Shown here piece by piece: positions 21,459 to 34,859 of a stretch of 64,000 bases of DNA (the stretch's first letter is position 1; each line of letters opens with the position of its first letter). The notes beneath the pieces are model-generated. The model made no database searches. It was not told the origin of the DNA and saw nothing but the letters and a program-made list of their open reading frames with translations. The translations under genes were made by a program, and so were the position numbers. This stretch comes from Pseudomonas aeruginosa PAO1 (GTDB lineage Bacteria > Pseudomonadota > Gammaproteobacteria > Pseudomonadales > Pseudomonadaceae), in assembly GCF_000006765.1 (NCBI RefSeq), contig NC_002516.2. The stretch is one strand, 5' to 3'.

Positions 21459-21980
21459 CTAGATCGGGATCTTGTAGAACAGGCTGTAGGACTCGATACC
21501 GTCGTTCGGCTGTTTCAGGCCGGCGTTGGAATAGTGGATCGCCCGAACGCCGACCGACTGGCCGTTGGCGAACTTCAGGCCGGCGCCGATGCGGTCTTCG
21601 AAGTTCAGGGAGGAACCCAGGTTCTGGTCGCCGACACGGGTGCCGGAGAACGCCGCCACGCCGATACCGGCCTCGATGAATGGCTTGATCGAGTCGCCGG
21701 CGAACTCGTAGACGAATACCGGAGCGAACGACAGCGAATGCTTGCCGGCGCCTTCATCGCCACCTTCCCAATAGGTGTAGCCCGCATCCCAGTAGCCGGT
21801 CAGGCGCCCGGTGGAGGTCTGCCACCAGCTCTTGTCCCAATCCCAGCTCAGGCCCAGGCGATAGGTCATGCCCGACTGGCCGGTCGCACCGACGGCGGCC
21901 GAGACGTCCGCCGCCTGGGCGGACGCCACGTGGACGGAGGAAAGTGCGGCCAGAACGGCCAGCGGAAGTAGTTTCTTCAT
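21459..21980 (-). CDS. pagL: Lipid A 3-O-deacylase
   Basis: 173 aa with signal peptide; small beta-barrel with catalytic IHYSNAG. Confidence 0.93.
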   Translation of the reverse strand: MKKLLPLAVLAALSSVHVASAQAADVSAAVGATGQSGMTYRLGLSWDWDKSWWQTSTGRLTGYWDAGYTYWEGGDEGAGKHSLSFAPVFVYEFAGDSIKPFIEAGIGVAAFSGTRVGDQNLGSSLNFEDRIGAGLKFANGQSVGVRAIHYSNAGLKQPNDGIESYSLFYKIPI

Positions 21981-22113
21981 TGAAACGTCCTTTTCGAAAG
22001 TTGCATGAAAGCCCCCGCATTCAAGCTGCGCATTATAAGAGCGCACTTACTAAAGCAGATACTAGACCAAACGCTTTAGTTCAAAAAATCGCTGACACGT
22101 CTGCCAGGAACGA

Positions 22114-22911
22114 CTAAACGACTAATTTTCCTACGCTTTCCGGGCTTCCCCAGAGGATCGGCAGGATCCTTTCCATCTCCTCCGGCAGCGCGCTGGTCCA
22201 GAAACGCGGCGTCGCGGCCTGGCCAGAGGCCAGTAGCGCCCGCGCCGACAATACGCGCTCCAGCTGCCGGGCGACAGCCGCTCCCGTATCGATCACCGCC
22301 ATCTCCGCCGGGATCAGCTCGGCCAGCAGGGGTTTGACGAAGGGATAATGAGTACAGCCGAGGATCAGCGTATCGCAGCCCTGTTCGAGGATGGGCGCCA
22401 GCAGGCGTTCCAGCAGTGCCCGGGTTTGCGGCCCATAGAGATCGCCGGCTTCGATGCGCTCGACCAGCCCCGGGCAGGGCTGGGTGAAGACCTGTACGTC
22501 GCTGGCGAAGCGGTCGAGCAAGGCGGCGAAACGCGCGCTCTTCAGAGTTCCGGTGGTGGCCAGGACGCCGACCCGACCGTTGCGGGTGGCCGCCGCGGCC
22601 GGCTTCACCGCAGGCTCCATGGCCACCAGCGGCACCTGCGGATAACGTTCGCGCAATTCCGCCGCAGCCGCAGCCGTCGCGGTATTGCAGGCCAGTACCA
22701 GAGCCTTGGCGCCCTGCTCCAGAAGGAAATCACCGATCCGCTCGCAGCGTTCGCGGATGTACTCCGCGCTCTTCTCGCCGTAGGGCACATGGGCGTTGTC
22801 GGCGACGTAGAGCAACGATTCGGATGGCAGGCGCGCACGAATCTCACGCAATACGCTGAGCCCGCCGACCCCGGAATCGAAAACGCCGACCGCGGCCGAC
22901 TCAACCGCCAT
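22114..22911 (-). CDS. murI: Glutamate racemase
   Basis: [27 protein letters not shown]. Confidence 0.96.
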
Positions 22912-23659
22912 GGCGTTGCCCGCAGACGGCACAGGAAGGATCGCGACGCACCCGCAATTCGCGGAAGCGCGTGCCGAGGGCGTCCACCAGCAGCAGGCGG
23001 CCCACCAGCGGTTCGCCGAAACCGGCCAGCAGCTTGAGCGCCTCCAGCGCCTGCAGGCTACCGACCAGCCCCACCAGCGGACCGATCACGCCGGCCTCGC
23101 TGCAGGTCAGCTCGGCCTCGCTGCCGTGCCCGTAGAGGCAGTGGTAGCAGGGACTTTCGTCGCGGCGGGTATCGAATACCGAAAGCTGGCCCTCGAGACG
23201 GATCGCCGCGCCGCTGACCAGCGGCTTGCCGGCGCGCACGCAGGCGACGTTGACCGCCTCGCGGGTGGCGAAGTTGTCGGTGCAGTCGAGCACCAGGTCG
23301 ACCGCCGCCACGGCGGCATCGAGGGAGTCCTCATCCAGCGCGGCGCTATGGCTGACCAGGCGGATCTGCGGATTCAGCGCGCCCAGCCGGCGCATCGCCG
23401 ACTCCACCTTGCCGATACCCACGCTGGCGCCATCGTGGATGACCTGCCGTTGCAGGTTGGTCAGGTCGACCGTATCGAAATCCGCCAGGTGCAGCTCGCC
23501 GACCCCGGCCGCGGCCAAGTACAGCGCCACCGGCGAACCCAGGCCGCCAAGACCGACGATCAGTGCGCGGCTGCGCTTCAGGCGCAGCTGGCCCTCGACG
23601 TCGACCTGCGCCAGCAGGATCTGGCGACTGTAGCGCAGCAGTTCCTCGTCGCTCAGCAT
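22901..23659 (-). CDS. moeB: Molybdopterin-synthase adenylyltransferase
   Basis: [29 protein letters not shown] zinc motif. Confidence 0.93.
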
Positions 23660-24483
23660 GCCCATTGTCCGAGTGTGATCCGCTCGTTGCCGCCGAGGTC
23701 GCGCAACGTATGTACCCCGGCGAAGCCGCGGGCGCCGAGCAGTTCGCGCACCGCCGCCCCTTGATCATAGCCGTGCTCGAGCAGCAGCCAGCCTTCGTCC
23801 AGCAAATGCCGCGGCGCCTGGGCGACGATCTGGCGGATATCGTCGAGGCCATCGCTACCCGCGACCAGCGCGCTCTTCGGCTCGAAACGCACGTCGCCCT
23901 CGCTCAGGTGCGGATCGCTGGCAGGGATATACGGCGGATTGCCGACGATCATCCGGAAGCGTCGGCCATCGAGAGCGGAGAACCAGTGGCTGCGGCGCAC
24001 CTCGACGTTCTCCAGGAGCAGCCGCTGGCGATTGCGCTCGGCCAACGCCACGGCCTCTTCCACGCGGTCCACCGCAGTCACCGTCCACAGCGGCCGTTCG
24101 CTGGCCAGGGCCAGGGCGATGGCGCCGGTGCCGGTGCCCAGGTCGAGCACGGTAGCGGTGTCCGCCGCGAGGGTCGCCAGCGCGGTTTCCACCAGCAGTT
24201 CGGTGTCCGGGCGCGGGATCAGGGTGTGTGGCGCGACCTCCAGGTCCAGGCTCCAGAAGCCCTGGTGGCCAAGTATGTAGGCCACCGGCTCGCCGTTGCG
24301 CCGACGGGCGATCCAGTCGTCGAACCGCTCGTTGGCCTCGCGCGGCACGATGCGCTCCGGCCAGGTACGCAGGAAGCTGCGCGGCTTGCCCATCGCCGCC
24401 GCCAGCAGCAACTCGGTGTCGAGCCGGGCGCTGGGCGAATCGGGCAGTTGGGAATCCTTGAGAAGGGTACAGATAGTGGTCAT
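23653..24483 (-). CDS. prmC: Release-factor glutamine methyltransferase
   Basis: IPRPDTE, LDLGTGTGAI, NPPY. Confidence 0.96.
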   Translation of the reverse strand: MTTICTLLKDSQLPDSPSARLDTELLLAAAMGKPRSFLRTWPERIVPREANERFDDWIARRRNGEPVAYILGHQGFWSLDLEVAPHTLIPRPDTELLVETALATLAADTATVLDLGTGTGAIALALASERPLWTVTAVDRVEEAVALAERNRQRLLLENVEVRRSHWFSALDGRRFRMIVGNPPYIPASDPHLSEGDVRFEPKSALVAGSDGLDDIRQIVAQAPRHLLDEGWLLLEHGYDQGAAVRELLGARGFAGVHTLRDLGGNERITLGQWAC

Positions 24484-24484
24484 G

Positions 24485-25567
<1,083 letters not shown>

Positions 25568-25584
25568 GCAGGCATAGGTACCGG

Positions 25585-26853
25585 TCAGTGGCGCGGCGCG
25601 CCCTCGTCGAGGGCGAACAGCTCCTGGGCCAGGGCCAGCGCGTCGATGCGGCCCTCGGCGGACATTTTCTTCATCTGCACGCTGGGCGCGTGCAGCAGTT
25701 TGTTGGTCAGGCCGCGGGCCAGCTGGGCCATCACCTCGGCGGGGTCGGCACCGTTGGCCAGTTGCCGCTGGGCCTTGCCCAGCTCCTCATCGCGCAGGCG
25801 CTCGGCCTGCTGCCGATAGGCGCGCAGCACGTCCACCGCGGCCAGTTCGCGCAGGCGCTGCATGAACTCGGCGACGCCGCTGCCGACCAGTTCCTCGGCG
25901 GCCTGGGCAGCGCCCTGGCGGCTCTTGAGATTCTCCGCCACTACTTCGTGGAGGTCGTCGACGCTATAGAGGTAGACGTCGTCCAGTTCGCCGACTTCCG
26001 GCTCGATGTCGCGCGGCACGGCGATGTCGACCATGAACATCGGCTTGTGCTTGCGCTGCTTCAGCGCGCGCTCCACGGCGCCCTTGCCGAGGATCGGCAA
26101 CTGGCTGGCAGTGGAGCTGATGACGATATCGCTGTTGGCCAACTCCTCGGGGATCTCCGAAAGCAGCACCGCATGGGCGCCGAACTGCTCGGCGAGCAGG
26201 CTGGCGCGCTCCAGGGTGCGGTTGGCCACCACGATGCGCTTCACGCCTTGCTCGAACAGGTGGCGCGCGACCAGGGTGATGGTCTCGCCGGCGCCGATCA
26301 GCAGCGCCTGGCTGCGGTGCAGGTCGCTGAAGATCTGCTTGGCCAGGCTCACCGCGGCGAACGCCACGGACACCGGGTTCTCGCCGATGGCGGTATCGGT
26401 GCGGACGGTCTTCGCCGTACTGAAGGTGGCCTGGAACAGGCGGCCGAGCAGCGGACCGACGGTGCCGGCCTCGCGCGCGACGGCGTAGGCCGACTTCATC
26501 TGGCCGAGGATCTGCGGCTCGCCGAGGACCATCGAGTCGAGGCCGGAGGCCACGCGCATCATGTGGCGCACCGCGTCTTCGTCCTGGTGCACATAGGCAC
26601 AGGCGCGCAACTCGTCGAGAGTCAGGCGATGGTAGTCCGCCAGCCAGGCGAGCACGTCGTCCGCGGTCGGATGGTCGATCTCCAGGTAGAGTTCGCTCCG
26701 GTTGCAGGTCGACAGGATGGCCGCCTCGCGGCTGGTGGTCAGGCGGCAGAGCTGCTGCAGCGCCTCGACCATCTGTTCCGGAGTGAAAGCCACGCGCTCG
26801 CGGACAGCCACCGAGGCGGTCTTGTGATTGATGCCGAGGGCAATGAAGGCCAT
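25585..26853 (-). CDS. hemA: Glutamyl-tRNA reductase
   Basis: [35 protein letters not shown]. Confidence 0.97.
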
Positions 26854-27041
26854 GCAGGATCGCTGAGCTAATCGGGGAAACGCGCAATTCTCCTACTTCG
26901 CCAAGGGCAGGACAACCATTGCCGATGTATTGACCCCATAGACAGCTTCGTCGACGCCCGTCCCGGCCCCCTTGGGCTTGCCGGACGGCTTATGTCATGA
27001 TGGCGCCACCCTCGCAGGTTCAAGGCCGGCTTTCTTCCTCT

Positions 27042-28769
27042 ATGAACAAATCCCTTGCGCTGCTGACCGTCACGCTGCTGCTCGGCGGCTGCCAGTCACT
27101 TATCCACAAGACTCCCGATGGCACCCCGCCGGTGGAAGACACCGCGGTCGAGACCAAGGCCAAGCCGGAAAAGTACGGCTCCTTCAGCGAGGACAGCCTG
27201 TATTCGCTGCTGGTGGCCGAACTGGCCGGGCAGCGCAACCGCTTCGACATCGCCCTGAGCAACTATGTGGTGCAGGCGCAGAAAACCCGCGACCCCGGGG
27301 TTTCCGAGCGCGCCTTCCGCATCGCCGAATACCTCGGCGCCGACCAGGAAGCCCTCGACACCTCCCTGCTCTGGGCGCGCAGCGCGCCGGACAACCTCGA
27401 TGCCCAACGCGCCGCCGCGATCCAGTTGGCCCGCGCCGGGCGCTACGAGGAGTCCATGGTGTACATGGAGAAGGTCCTCAACGGCCAGGGCGACACGCAC
27501 TTCGACTTCCTCGCCCTGTCTGCCGCGGAGACCGACCCGGATACCCGCGCCGGCCTGCTGCAGAGCTTCGACCACCTGTTGAAGAAATACCCGAACAACG
27601 GCCAGTTGCTGTTCGGCAAGGCCCTGCTGCTGCAACAGGACGGCCGCCCGGACGAAGCCCTGACCCTGCTCGAGGACAACTCCGCAAGCCGCCACGAAGT
27701 GGCCCCCCTGCTGCTCCGCTCGCGCCTGTTGCAGAGCATGAAGCGCAGCGACGAGGCCCTGCCGCTGCTCAAGGCCGGGATCAAGGAACACCCGGACGAC
27801 AAGCGCGTGCGCCTCGCCTACGCGCGCCTGCTGGTGGAGCAGAACCGCCTGGACGACGCCAAGGCCGAGTTCGCCGGACTGGTCCAGCAATTCCCCGACG
27901 ACGACGACCTGCGTTTCTCCCTGGCGCTGGTCTGCCTGGAAGCCCAGGCCTGGGACGAAGCCAGGATCTACCTGGAAGAACTGGTCGAGCGCGACAGCCA
28001 CGTCGACGCCGCCCACTTCAACCTCGGCCGCCTCGCCGAGGAACAGAAGGACACCGCGCGTGCCCTCGACGAGTACGCCCAGGTCGGCCCGGGCAATGAC
28101 TTCCTCCCGGCGCAACTGCGCCAGACCGACGTCCTGCTCAAGGCCGGTCGCGTCGACGAAGCCGCCCAGCGCCTGGACAAGGCGCGCAGCGAGCAACCCG
28201 ACTACGCCATCCAGCTGTACCTGATCGAAGCCGAGGCGCTGTCCAACAACGACCAGCAGGAAAAGGCCTGGCAGGCCATCCAGGAGGGTCTGAAGCAGTA
28301 CCCGGAGGACCTCAACCTGCTCTACACCCGCTCGATGCTGGCGGAGAAGCGCAACGACCTGGCGCAGATGGAAAAGGACCTGCGCTTCGTCATCGCCCGC
28401 GAGCCGGACAACGCCATGGCCCTCAACGCCCTCGGCTACACCCTGGCCGACCGCACCACCCGCTACGGCGAGGCCCGCGAGCTGATCCTCAAGGCGCACA
28501 AGCTGAACCCGGACGACCCGGCGATCCTCGACAGCATGGGCTGGATCAACTATCGCCAGGGCAAGCTGGCCGACGCCGAGCGCTACCTGCGCCAGGCGCT
28601 GCAGCGCTACCCCGACCACGAGGTCGCCGCGCACCTGGGCGAAGTCCTCTGGGCCCAGGGGCGCCAGGGCGACGCCCGGGCCATCTGGCGCGAATACCTC
28701 GACAAGCAGCCCGACAGCGACGTGCTGCGCCGCACCATCAAGCGCCTGACCGGCGCCGAGACTCCTTGA
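27042..28769 (+). CDS. lbcA: TPR-repeat outer-membrane lipoprotein (partner of the CtpA protease)
   Basis: [17 protein letters not shown] lipobox, multiple TPR repeats, [11 protein letters not shown]; the ORF track starts at 26997 but ATG 27042 gives a canonical signal. Confidence 0.85.
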   Translation: MNKSLALLTVTLLLGGCQSLIHKTPDGTPPVEDTAVETKAKPEKYGSFSEDSLYSLLVAELAGQRNRFDIALSNYVVQAQKTRDPGVSERAFRIAEYLGADQEALDTSLLWARSAPDNLDAQRAAAIQLARAGRYEESMVYMEKVLNGQGDTHFDFLALSAAETDPDTRAGLLQSFDHLLKKYPNNGQLLFGKALLLQQDGRPDEALTLLEDNSASRHEVAPLLLRSRLLQSMKRSDEALPLLKAGIKEHPDDKRVRLAYARLLVEQNRLDDAKAEFAGLVQQFPDDDDLRFSLALVCLEAQAWDEARIYLEELVERDSHVDAAHFNLGRLAEEQKDTARALDEYAQVGPGNDFLPAQLRQTDVLLKAGRVDEAAQRLDKARSEQPDYAIQLYLIEAEALSNNDQQEKAWQAIQEGLKQYPEDLNLLYTRSMLAEKRNDLAQMEKDLRFVIAREPDNAMALNALGYTLADRTTRYGEARELILKAHKLNPDDPAILDSMGWINYRQGKLADAERYLRQALQRYPDHEVAAHLGEVLWAQGRQGDARAIWREYLDKQPDSDVLRRTIKRLTGAETP

Positions 28770-28773
28770 AACC

Positions 28774-29391
28774 ATGCGTCTACGTCTTTTCCTCGCCGCC
28801 TCCGCGCTGGCCCTGCTCAGCGGCTGCGCCGGCCTGACCTCCCACGAAGCCCTGGAAGGCCAGGGCGATGCGCAGACCTGGAAAACCCACAAGCAGCAGC
28901 TCAGCGAGCTGGATGCCTGGCAGATCGACGGCAAGGTCGGCATCCGCGCCCCGCGCGACTCCGGCAGCGGCACCCTGTTCTGGCTGCAGCGCCAGGGCTA
29001 CTACGACATCCGCCTGTCCGGCCCGCTCGGCCGCGGCGCAGCACGCCTGACCGGGCGTGAAGGCGCGGTGAGCCTGGAAGTCGCCGGTCAGGGCCGCTAC
29101 CAGGCGGAGTCCCCGGAAGCACTGCTGGAAGAACAACTAGGCTGGCGCCTGCCGGTCTCGCACCTGCTCTGGTGGGTACGCGGCCTCCCGGCGCCGGACA
29201 GCAAGAGCCGCCTGACCCTCGACGCCGACAGCCGCCTGGCGCGCCTGGAACAGGACGGCTGGCAGATCGAATACACCCGCTACGCCGAACAGAACGGCTA
29301 CTGGCTACCCGAGCGCCTGAAGCTGCACGGCCAGGACCTCGACGTCACCCTGGTGATCAAGGACTGGCAGCCGCGCCAGCTCGGCCGCTGA
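28774..29391 (+). CDS. lolB: Outer-membrane lipoprotein receptor
   Basis: LSG-C lipobox, [21 protein letters not shown]. Confidence 0.93.
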   Translation: MRLRLFLAASALALLSGCAGLTSHEALEGQGDAQTWKTHKQQLSELDAWQIDGKVGIRAPRDSGSGTLFWLQRQGYYDIRLSGPLGRGAARLTGREGAVSLEVAGQGRYQAESPEALLEEQLGWRLPVSHLLWWVRGLPAPDSKSRLTLDADSRLARLEQDGWQIEYTRYAEQNGYWLPERLKLHGQDLDVTLVIKDWQPRQLGR

Positions 29392-29392
29392 C

Positions 29393-30241
29393 ATGAGCGT
29401 GCGCCTCAGCCTGCCAGCCCCGGCCAAGCTCAATCTGTTCCTGCATATCCTCGGCCGCCGCGACGATGGCTATCACGAGTTGCAGACCCTGTTCCAATTC
29501 CTCGACCACGGCGACGAGCTGCATTTCGAAGCCCGCCAGGACGGCCAGGTACGCCTGCACACGGAAATCGCCGGGGTGCCGCACGACAGCAACCTGATCG
29601 TGCGCGCCGCGCGCGGGCTGCAGGAAGCCTCCGGCAGCCCGCAAGGCGTCGACATCTGGCTGGACAAGCGCTTGCCCATGGGGGGCGGCATCGGCGGCGG
29701 CAGCTCCGACGCCGCCACGACGCTCCTGGCCTTGAACCATCTCTGGCAACTCGGCTGGGACGAGGACCGCATCGCCGCCCTGGGCCTGCGCCTGGGCGCC
29801 GACGTGCCGGTCTTCACCCGCGGACGCGCAGCTTTCGCCGAGGGCGTGGGCGAAAAGCTCACCCCGGTGGACATCCCGGAGCCCTGGTATCTCGTCGTGG
29901 TTCCGCAAGTACTTGTCAGCACAGCAGAAATTTTTTCAGATCCACTGTTGACACGCGATTCTCCCGCCATTAAAGTGCGCACCGTTCTCGAGGGGGACAG
30001 CCGAAACGACTGTCAGCCGGTAGTCGAGAGGCGTTACCCAGAAGTTCGTAACGCTTTGATCTTGCTAAACAAATTTGTTTCAGCTAGATTAACCGGCACT
30101 GGAGGTTGTGTGTTTGGGAGCTTCCCAAACAAAGCTGAAGCTGATAAAGTCTCGGCCCTTCTTCCAGACCACCTTCAGAGGTTCGTCGCCAAAGGAAGCA
30201 ACATCTCGATGTTGCACCGGAAGCTGGAAACTCTGGTCTGA
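29393..30241 (+). CDS. ispE: 4-diphosphocytidyl-2-C-methyl-D-erythritol kinase
   Basis: [36 protein letters not shown]. Confidence 0.96.
   Translation: MSVRLSLPAPAKLNLFLHILGRRDDGYHELQTLFQFLDHGDELHFEARQDGQVRLHTEIAGVPHDSNLIVRAARGLQEASGSPQGVDIWLDKRLPMGGGIGGGSSDAATTLLALNHLWQLGWDEDRIAALGLRLGADVPVFTRGRAAFAEGVGEKLTPVDIPEPWYLVVVPQVLVSTAEIFSDPLLTRDSPAIKVRTVLEGDSRNDCQPVVERRYPEVRNALILLNKFVSARLTGTGGCVFGSFPNKAEADKVSALLPDHLQRFVAKGSNISMLHRKLETLV
29948..29976 (+). promoter_or_regulatory. Sigma70 promoter inside ispE, probably driving tRNA-Gln/prs
   Basis: TTGACA-N17-TAAAGT followed by GC-rich GCGCAC discriminator. Confidence 0.65.
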
Positions 30242-30277
30242 GAAAGGAATGCCGAAACGGCATTCGAGCAATACCAC

Positions 30278-30352
30278 AGGGGCGTCGCCAAGCGGTAAGG
30301 CAGCAGGTTTTGATCCTGCCATGCGTTGGTTCGAATCCAGCCGCCCCTGCCA
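30278..30352 (+). tRNA. tRNA-Gln (TTG)
   Basis: Acceptor stem AGGGGCG/CGCCCCT, anticodon arm GCAGG-TTTTGAT-CCTGC, GGTTCGAATCC, CCA end. Confidence 0.95.
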
Positions 30353-30407
30353 TTTTCCTCTTCTGTATTTCATCCGGATCCCTTCGGTCGACACAGGTAC
30401 CTGTAGC

Positions 30408-31349
30408 GTGTCCAAGATGATGGTCTTCACGGGGAACGCTAACCCCGATCTTGCACGACGCGTCGTGCGTCAGCTGCACATTCCTCTTGGCGATGTTTCA
30501 GTTGGCAAATTCTCCGATGGCGAAATCAGCGTCGAAATCAACGAAAACGTCCGCGGCAAGGACGTATTCCTGATTCAGCCGACCTGCGCGCCGACCAACG
30601 ACAACCTGATGGAACTGGTGGTGATGGCCGATGCCTTCCGCCGCTCCTCGGCCACTCGTATCACCGCTGTCATCCCCTACTTCGGCTATGCCCGCCAGGA
30701 TCGCCGTCCGCGTTCCGCCCGCGTGGCCATCAGCGCCAAGGTAGTGGCCGACATGCTGACCGTCGTCGGGGTCAACCGTGTCCTCACGGTCGACCTGCAC
30801 GCGGATCAGATCCAGGGCTTCTTCGATATCCCGGTAGACAACATCTACGGTTCGCCCGTGCTGGTGGACGATATCGAAGACCAGCGCTTCGAGAACCTGA
30901 TGATCGTCTCCCCGGACATCGGCGGCGTGGTGCGCGCGCGCGCCGTGGCCAAGTCCCTGGGCGTGGATCTTGCGATCATCGACAAGCGTCGTCCCAAGGC
31001 CAACCAGTCCGAAGTGATGCACATCATCGGTGACGTCGAAGGCCGTACCTGCGTACTGGTAGACGACATGGTCGATACCGCCGGCACCCTCGGTCACGCC
31101 GCCAAGGCCCTGAAAGAGCACGGCGCCGCCAAGGTCATCGCCTACTGCACCCACCCGGTGCTGTCCGGCCGTGCCATCGAGAACATCGAGAAATCCGTAC
31201 TGGACGAGCTGGTGGTGACCAACACCATCCCGCTGTCCGCCGCTGCCCAGGCCTGTGGCCGCATCCGCCAGCTGGACATCGCTCCGGTCGTTGCGGAAGC
31301 CATGCGCCGGATCAGCAACGAAGAATCGATCAGCGCGATGTTCCGCTGA
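30408..31349 (+). CDS. prs: Ribose-phosphate pyrophosphokinase
   Basis: [36 protein letters not shown]; GTG start at 30408. Confidence 0.97.
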   Translation: MSKMMVFTGNANPDLARRVVRQLHIPLGDVSVGKFSDGEISVEINENVRGKDVFLIQPTCAPTNDNLMELVVMADAFRRSSATRITAVIPYFGYARQDRRPRSARVAISAKVVADMLTVVGVNRVLTVDLHADQIQGFFDIPVDNIYGSPVLVDDIEDQRFENLMIVSPDIGGVVRARAVAKSLGVDLAIIDKRRPKANQSEVMHIIGDVEGRTCVLVDDMVDTAGTLGHAAKALKEHGAAKVIAYCTHPVLSGRAIENIEKSVLDELVVTNTIPLSAAAQACGRIRQLDIAPVVAEAMRRISNEESISAMFR

Positions 31350-31410
31350 GGCCCAGCCTCGGCGAACGCGCCTGAACGAAAACGCCCCGCTCCGGCGGGG
31401 CCTTTGAAAT

Positions 31411-31441
31411 CGCCCGAACGCTGGTCGCAAGCGTTCGGGCG
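31411..31441 (+). promoter_or_regulatory. 12-bp hairpin in the rplY leader
   Basis: CGCCCGAACGCT-GGTCGCA-AGCGTTCGGGCG, followed by a U-rich tract and GGAG RBS. Confidence 0.55.
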
Positions 31442-31465
31442 CATTGTTATTTTTGGAGATACACA

Positions 31466-32080
31466 ATGGTCGACTTTATTCTGAATGCCCAAGTGCGTTC
31501 CGATCTGGGGAAAGGTGCGAGCCGCCGCCTGCGTCGTAACGCCGGTCTGGTTCCTGCTGTCGTTTACGGCGGCGACAAAGAGCCCCAGTCCGTAACCCTG
31601 GAACTGCGCGAAATCGCCAAGCTCCTGGAAAACGAGGCTGCCTTCAGCCACGTGATCGCCCTGAACGTTGGCGGCGCCAAGGAAACCGTACTGATCAAGG
31701 CCCTGCAGCGCCATCCGGCGAAAGGCTTCGTGATGCACGCCGACTTCCTGCGCGTGGTCGCCGACCACAAGCTGACCGCCCACGTACCGCTGCACTTCAT
31801 CAACGAAGAAGTAGCCGTTGGCGTCAAGCAAGCCGGTGGCGAGATCTCCCACACCATCTCCGAAGTCGAAGTTTCCTGCCTGCCGAAAGACCTGCCGGAA
31901 TTCATCGAAGTCGACATGGCCAAGGTCGAGCTGGGCCAGATCGTTCACCTGTCGGACCTCAAGGCTCCGAAAGGCGTCGAGCTGGTACAACTGGCCCACG
32001 GCAACGACCTGGCCGTTGCCAACATCCACGCTTCCCGCGTGGTGAAGGAAGAAGGTAGCGAAGAAGGCGCCGCCGAGTAA
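31466..32080 (+). CDS. rplY: 50S ribosomal protein bL25 (long, CTC-type)
   Basis: [25 protein letters not shown]; codon bias of highly expressed genes. Confidence 0.96.
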
Positions 32081-32121
32081 TTCATTACTCGATCGCCTTT
32101 TTATAGAGAGGGGCTCCCGTC

Positions 32122-32706
32122 GTGACTGCCGTACAACTGATCGTTGGCCTGGGAAACCCGGGTCCTGAATACGACCAGACCCGGCATAACGCGGGGGCCC
32201 TTTTCGTTGAGCGCCTGGCGCATGCCCAGGGCGTCAGCCTCGTGGCTGACCGCAAGTATTTCGGCCTGGTCGGCAAGTTCAGCCACCAGGGCAAGGACGT
32301 TCGTCTGTTGATCCCGACCACCTACATGAACCGCAGCGGCCAGTCCGTGGCGGCGCTGGCGGGATTCTTCCGGATCGCCCCGGACGCCATCCTGGTGGCC
32401 CACGACGAACTCGACATGCCCCCTGGCGTCGCCAAGCTCAAGACCGGCGGCGGACACGGCGGGCACAACGGGTTGCGCGACATCATCGCCCAGCTCGGCA
32501 ATCAGAATTCTTTCCATCGCCTGCGGCTTGGCATCGGCCATCCGGGGCACAGCAGCCTGGTTTCCGGTTACGTGCTCGGCCGCGCCCCGCGCAGCGAGCA
32601 GGAACTGCTCGACACCAGCATCGACTTCGCCCTCGGCGTGCTGCCGGAAATGCTCGCCGGGGACTGGACCCGGGCGATGCAGAAGCTGCACAGCCAGAAG
32701 GCCTGA
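32122..32706 (+). CDS. pth: Peptidyl-tRNA hydrolase
   Basis: [34 protein letters not shown]. Confidence 0.97.
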   Translation: MTAVQLIVGLGNPGPEYDQTRHNAGALFVERLAHAQGVSLVADRKYFGLVGKFSHQGKDVRLLIPTTYMNRSGQSVAALAGFFRIAPDAILVAHDELDMPPGVAKLKTGGGHGGHNGLRDIIAQLGNQNSFHRLRLGIGHPGHSSLVSGYVLGRAPRSEQELLDTSIDFALGVLPEMLAGDWTRAMQKLHSQKA

Positions 32707-32746
32707 ACCACTTTTCTAGCGCCTGTCTGAGCGCGAGGGACATAGC

Positions 32747-33847
<1,101 letters not shown>

Positions 33848-33865
33848 TCCCCTTCCCGTCCCAGG

Positions 33866-33894
33866 AAAGCCCCGGCCAAGTGCCGGGGCTTTTT
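33866..33894 (+). terminator. Terminator after ychF
   Basis: AAAGCCCCGGC-CAAGT-GCCGGGGCTTTTT. Confidence 0.85.
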
Positions 33895-33986
33895 CGTTCC
33901 CGTCCCTCCCCACCGCCCGCTCTCCGGCGATCCGACCCCTTCCGTCTAAACGATTGAAAGATCAGAAAATTATCTAGCCCCAGGGG

Positions 33987-34015
33987 TTGACAGCCCCGCC
34001 CGAGATACGGAAAAT
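33987..34015 (+). promoter_or_regulatory. tRNA-Met promoter
   Basis: TTGACA-N17-GAAAAT followed by GCGCGCC discriminator. Confidence 0.55.
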
Positions 34016-34026
34016 GCGCGCCACTC

Positions 34027-34103
34027 GGCTACATAGCTCAGTCGGTTAGAGCGCAGCATTCATAATGCTGATGTCCCAGGTTCAAGTCCCGGTGTAGCCA
34101 CCA
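34027..34103 (+). tRNA. tRNA-Met (CAT)
   Basis: Acceptor stem GGCTACA/TGTAGCC, CAGCA-TTCATAA-TGCTG anticodon arm, GGTTCAAGTCC, CCA end. Confidence 0.95.
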
Positions 34104-34111
34104 TATTTTTC

Positions 34112-34140
34112 AAGGGGTTAGCGCAAGCTAACCCCTTTTT
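34112..34140 (+). terminator. Terminator after tRNA-Met
   Basis: AAGGGGTTAGC-GCAA-GCTAACCCCTT plus T tract. Confidence 0.85.
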
Positions 34141-34153
34141 GTTTTGGTCGGCA

Positions 34154-34175
34154 GACTACAAACCGACTACAAACC
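34154..34175 (+). repeat. Tandem 11-bp direct repeat (integrase arm-like)
   Basis: GACTACAAACC twice, 50 nt downstream of the tRNA 3' end. Confidence 0.8.
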
Positions 34176-34210
34176 GTCTACGCCCCCCTTTACCGATTTA
34201 CGGTTCGCAT

Positions 34211-34235
34211 AAAAAAGCCCCGCATCTGCGGGGCT
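34211..34235 (-). terminator. higBA terminator
   Basis: GCCCCGCA/TGCGGGGC stem with a T6 tail on the minus strand. Confidence 0.75.
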
Positions 34236-34253
34236 CTACGATCAACGTCACTG

Positions 34254-34559
34254 CTATCCGTGAGCAAGCAGCGGCTCAATCTCATGTTCGATCTGCTTGC
34301 CATTCGCCGCATAAGCAGTTGCTAACGAATACTCACTCTGGAGATTCATCCAGAACTGAGCGGACGTATCAAAGTAACGCCCCAGACGAATCGCCATATC
34401 TGCGGAGATACCACGCTGCTCACGAACGATATCGTTCACTGTCGGAGCGGAGACTTTCAAAGCGCGTGCTAGAGCAGCTGGAGAGATATCAAACTCCATC
34501 AGAAACTCATCGCGCAATATTTCCCCAGGATGGATGGGGCGCATACCATTGGTAGCCAT
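34254..34559 (-). CDS. higA: Antitoxin HigA (XRE helix-turn-helix)
   Basis: IHPGEILRDEF..ISADMAIRLGRYF..SAQFWMNLQ; GGAGG RBS. Confidence 0.95.
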   Translation of the reverse strand: MATNGMRPIHPGEILRDEFLMEFDISPAALARALKVSAPTVNDIVREQRGISADMAIRLGRYFDTSAQFWMNLQSEYSLATAYAANGKQIEHEIEPLLAHG

Positions 34560-34570
34560 GGTCCACCTCC

Positions 34571-34849
34571 TCAGTGGTAATCAACTATTTCGACTTCTTC
34601 GGGACCCGCATCCGTCCAGACGAAACAGACACGCCACTGGTCATTGATCCTGATGCTATGTTGGCCCGCCCGCTTTCCCTGCAACGGCTCCAACCGGTTT
34701 CCAGGTGGAGAGCGCAGGTCTCGAAGCTCCGTAGCCGCATGAAGCATTGCGAGCTTACGCGTAGCGACTGTGAGGATCGCTCCCCACCGCCTCGAAAGAC
34801 CCGTCTCAAAAAGCTGACGAGTCTCGTCGCAGCGAAAGGTCAGAATCAT
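34571..34849 (-). CDS. higB: Toxin HigB (RelE/ParE fold)
   Basis: DLRSPPGNRLEPLQG..HSIRINDQWRVCF..DYH; toxin precedes antitoxin. Confidence 0.95.
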   Translation of the reverse strand: MILTFRCDETRQLFETGLSRRWGAILTVATRKLAMLHAATELRDLRSPPGNRLEPLQGKRAGQHSIRINDQWRVCFVWTDAGPEEVEIVDYH

Positions 34850-34859
34850 TCATTAACCC

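Noticed and set aside
27096-28973. 625 aa minus-strand ORF
   Set aside because: Antisense shadow of lbcA
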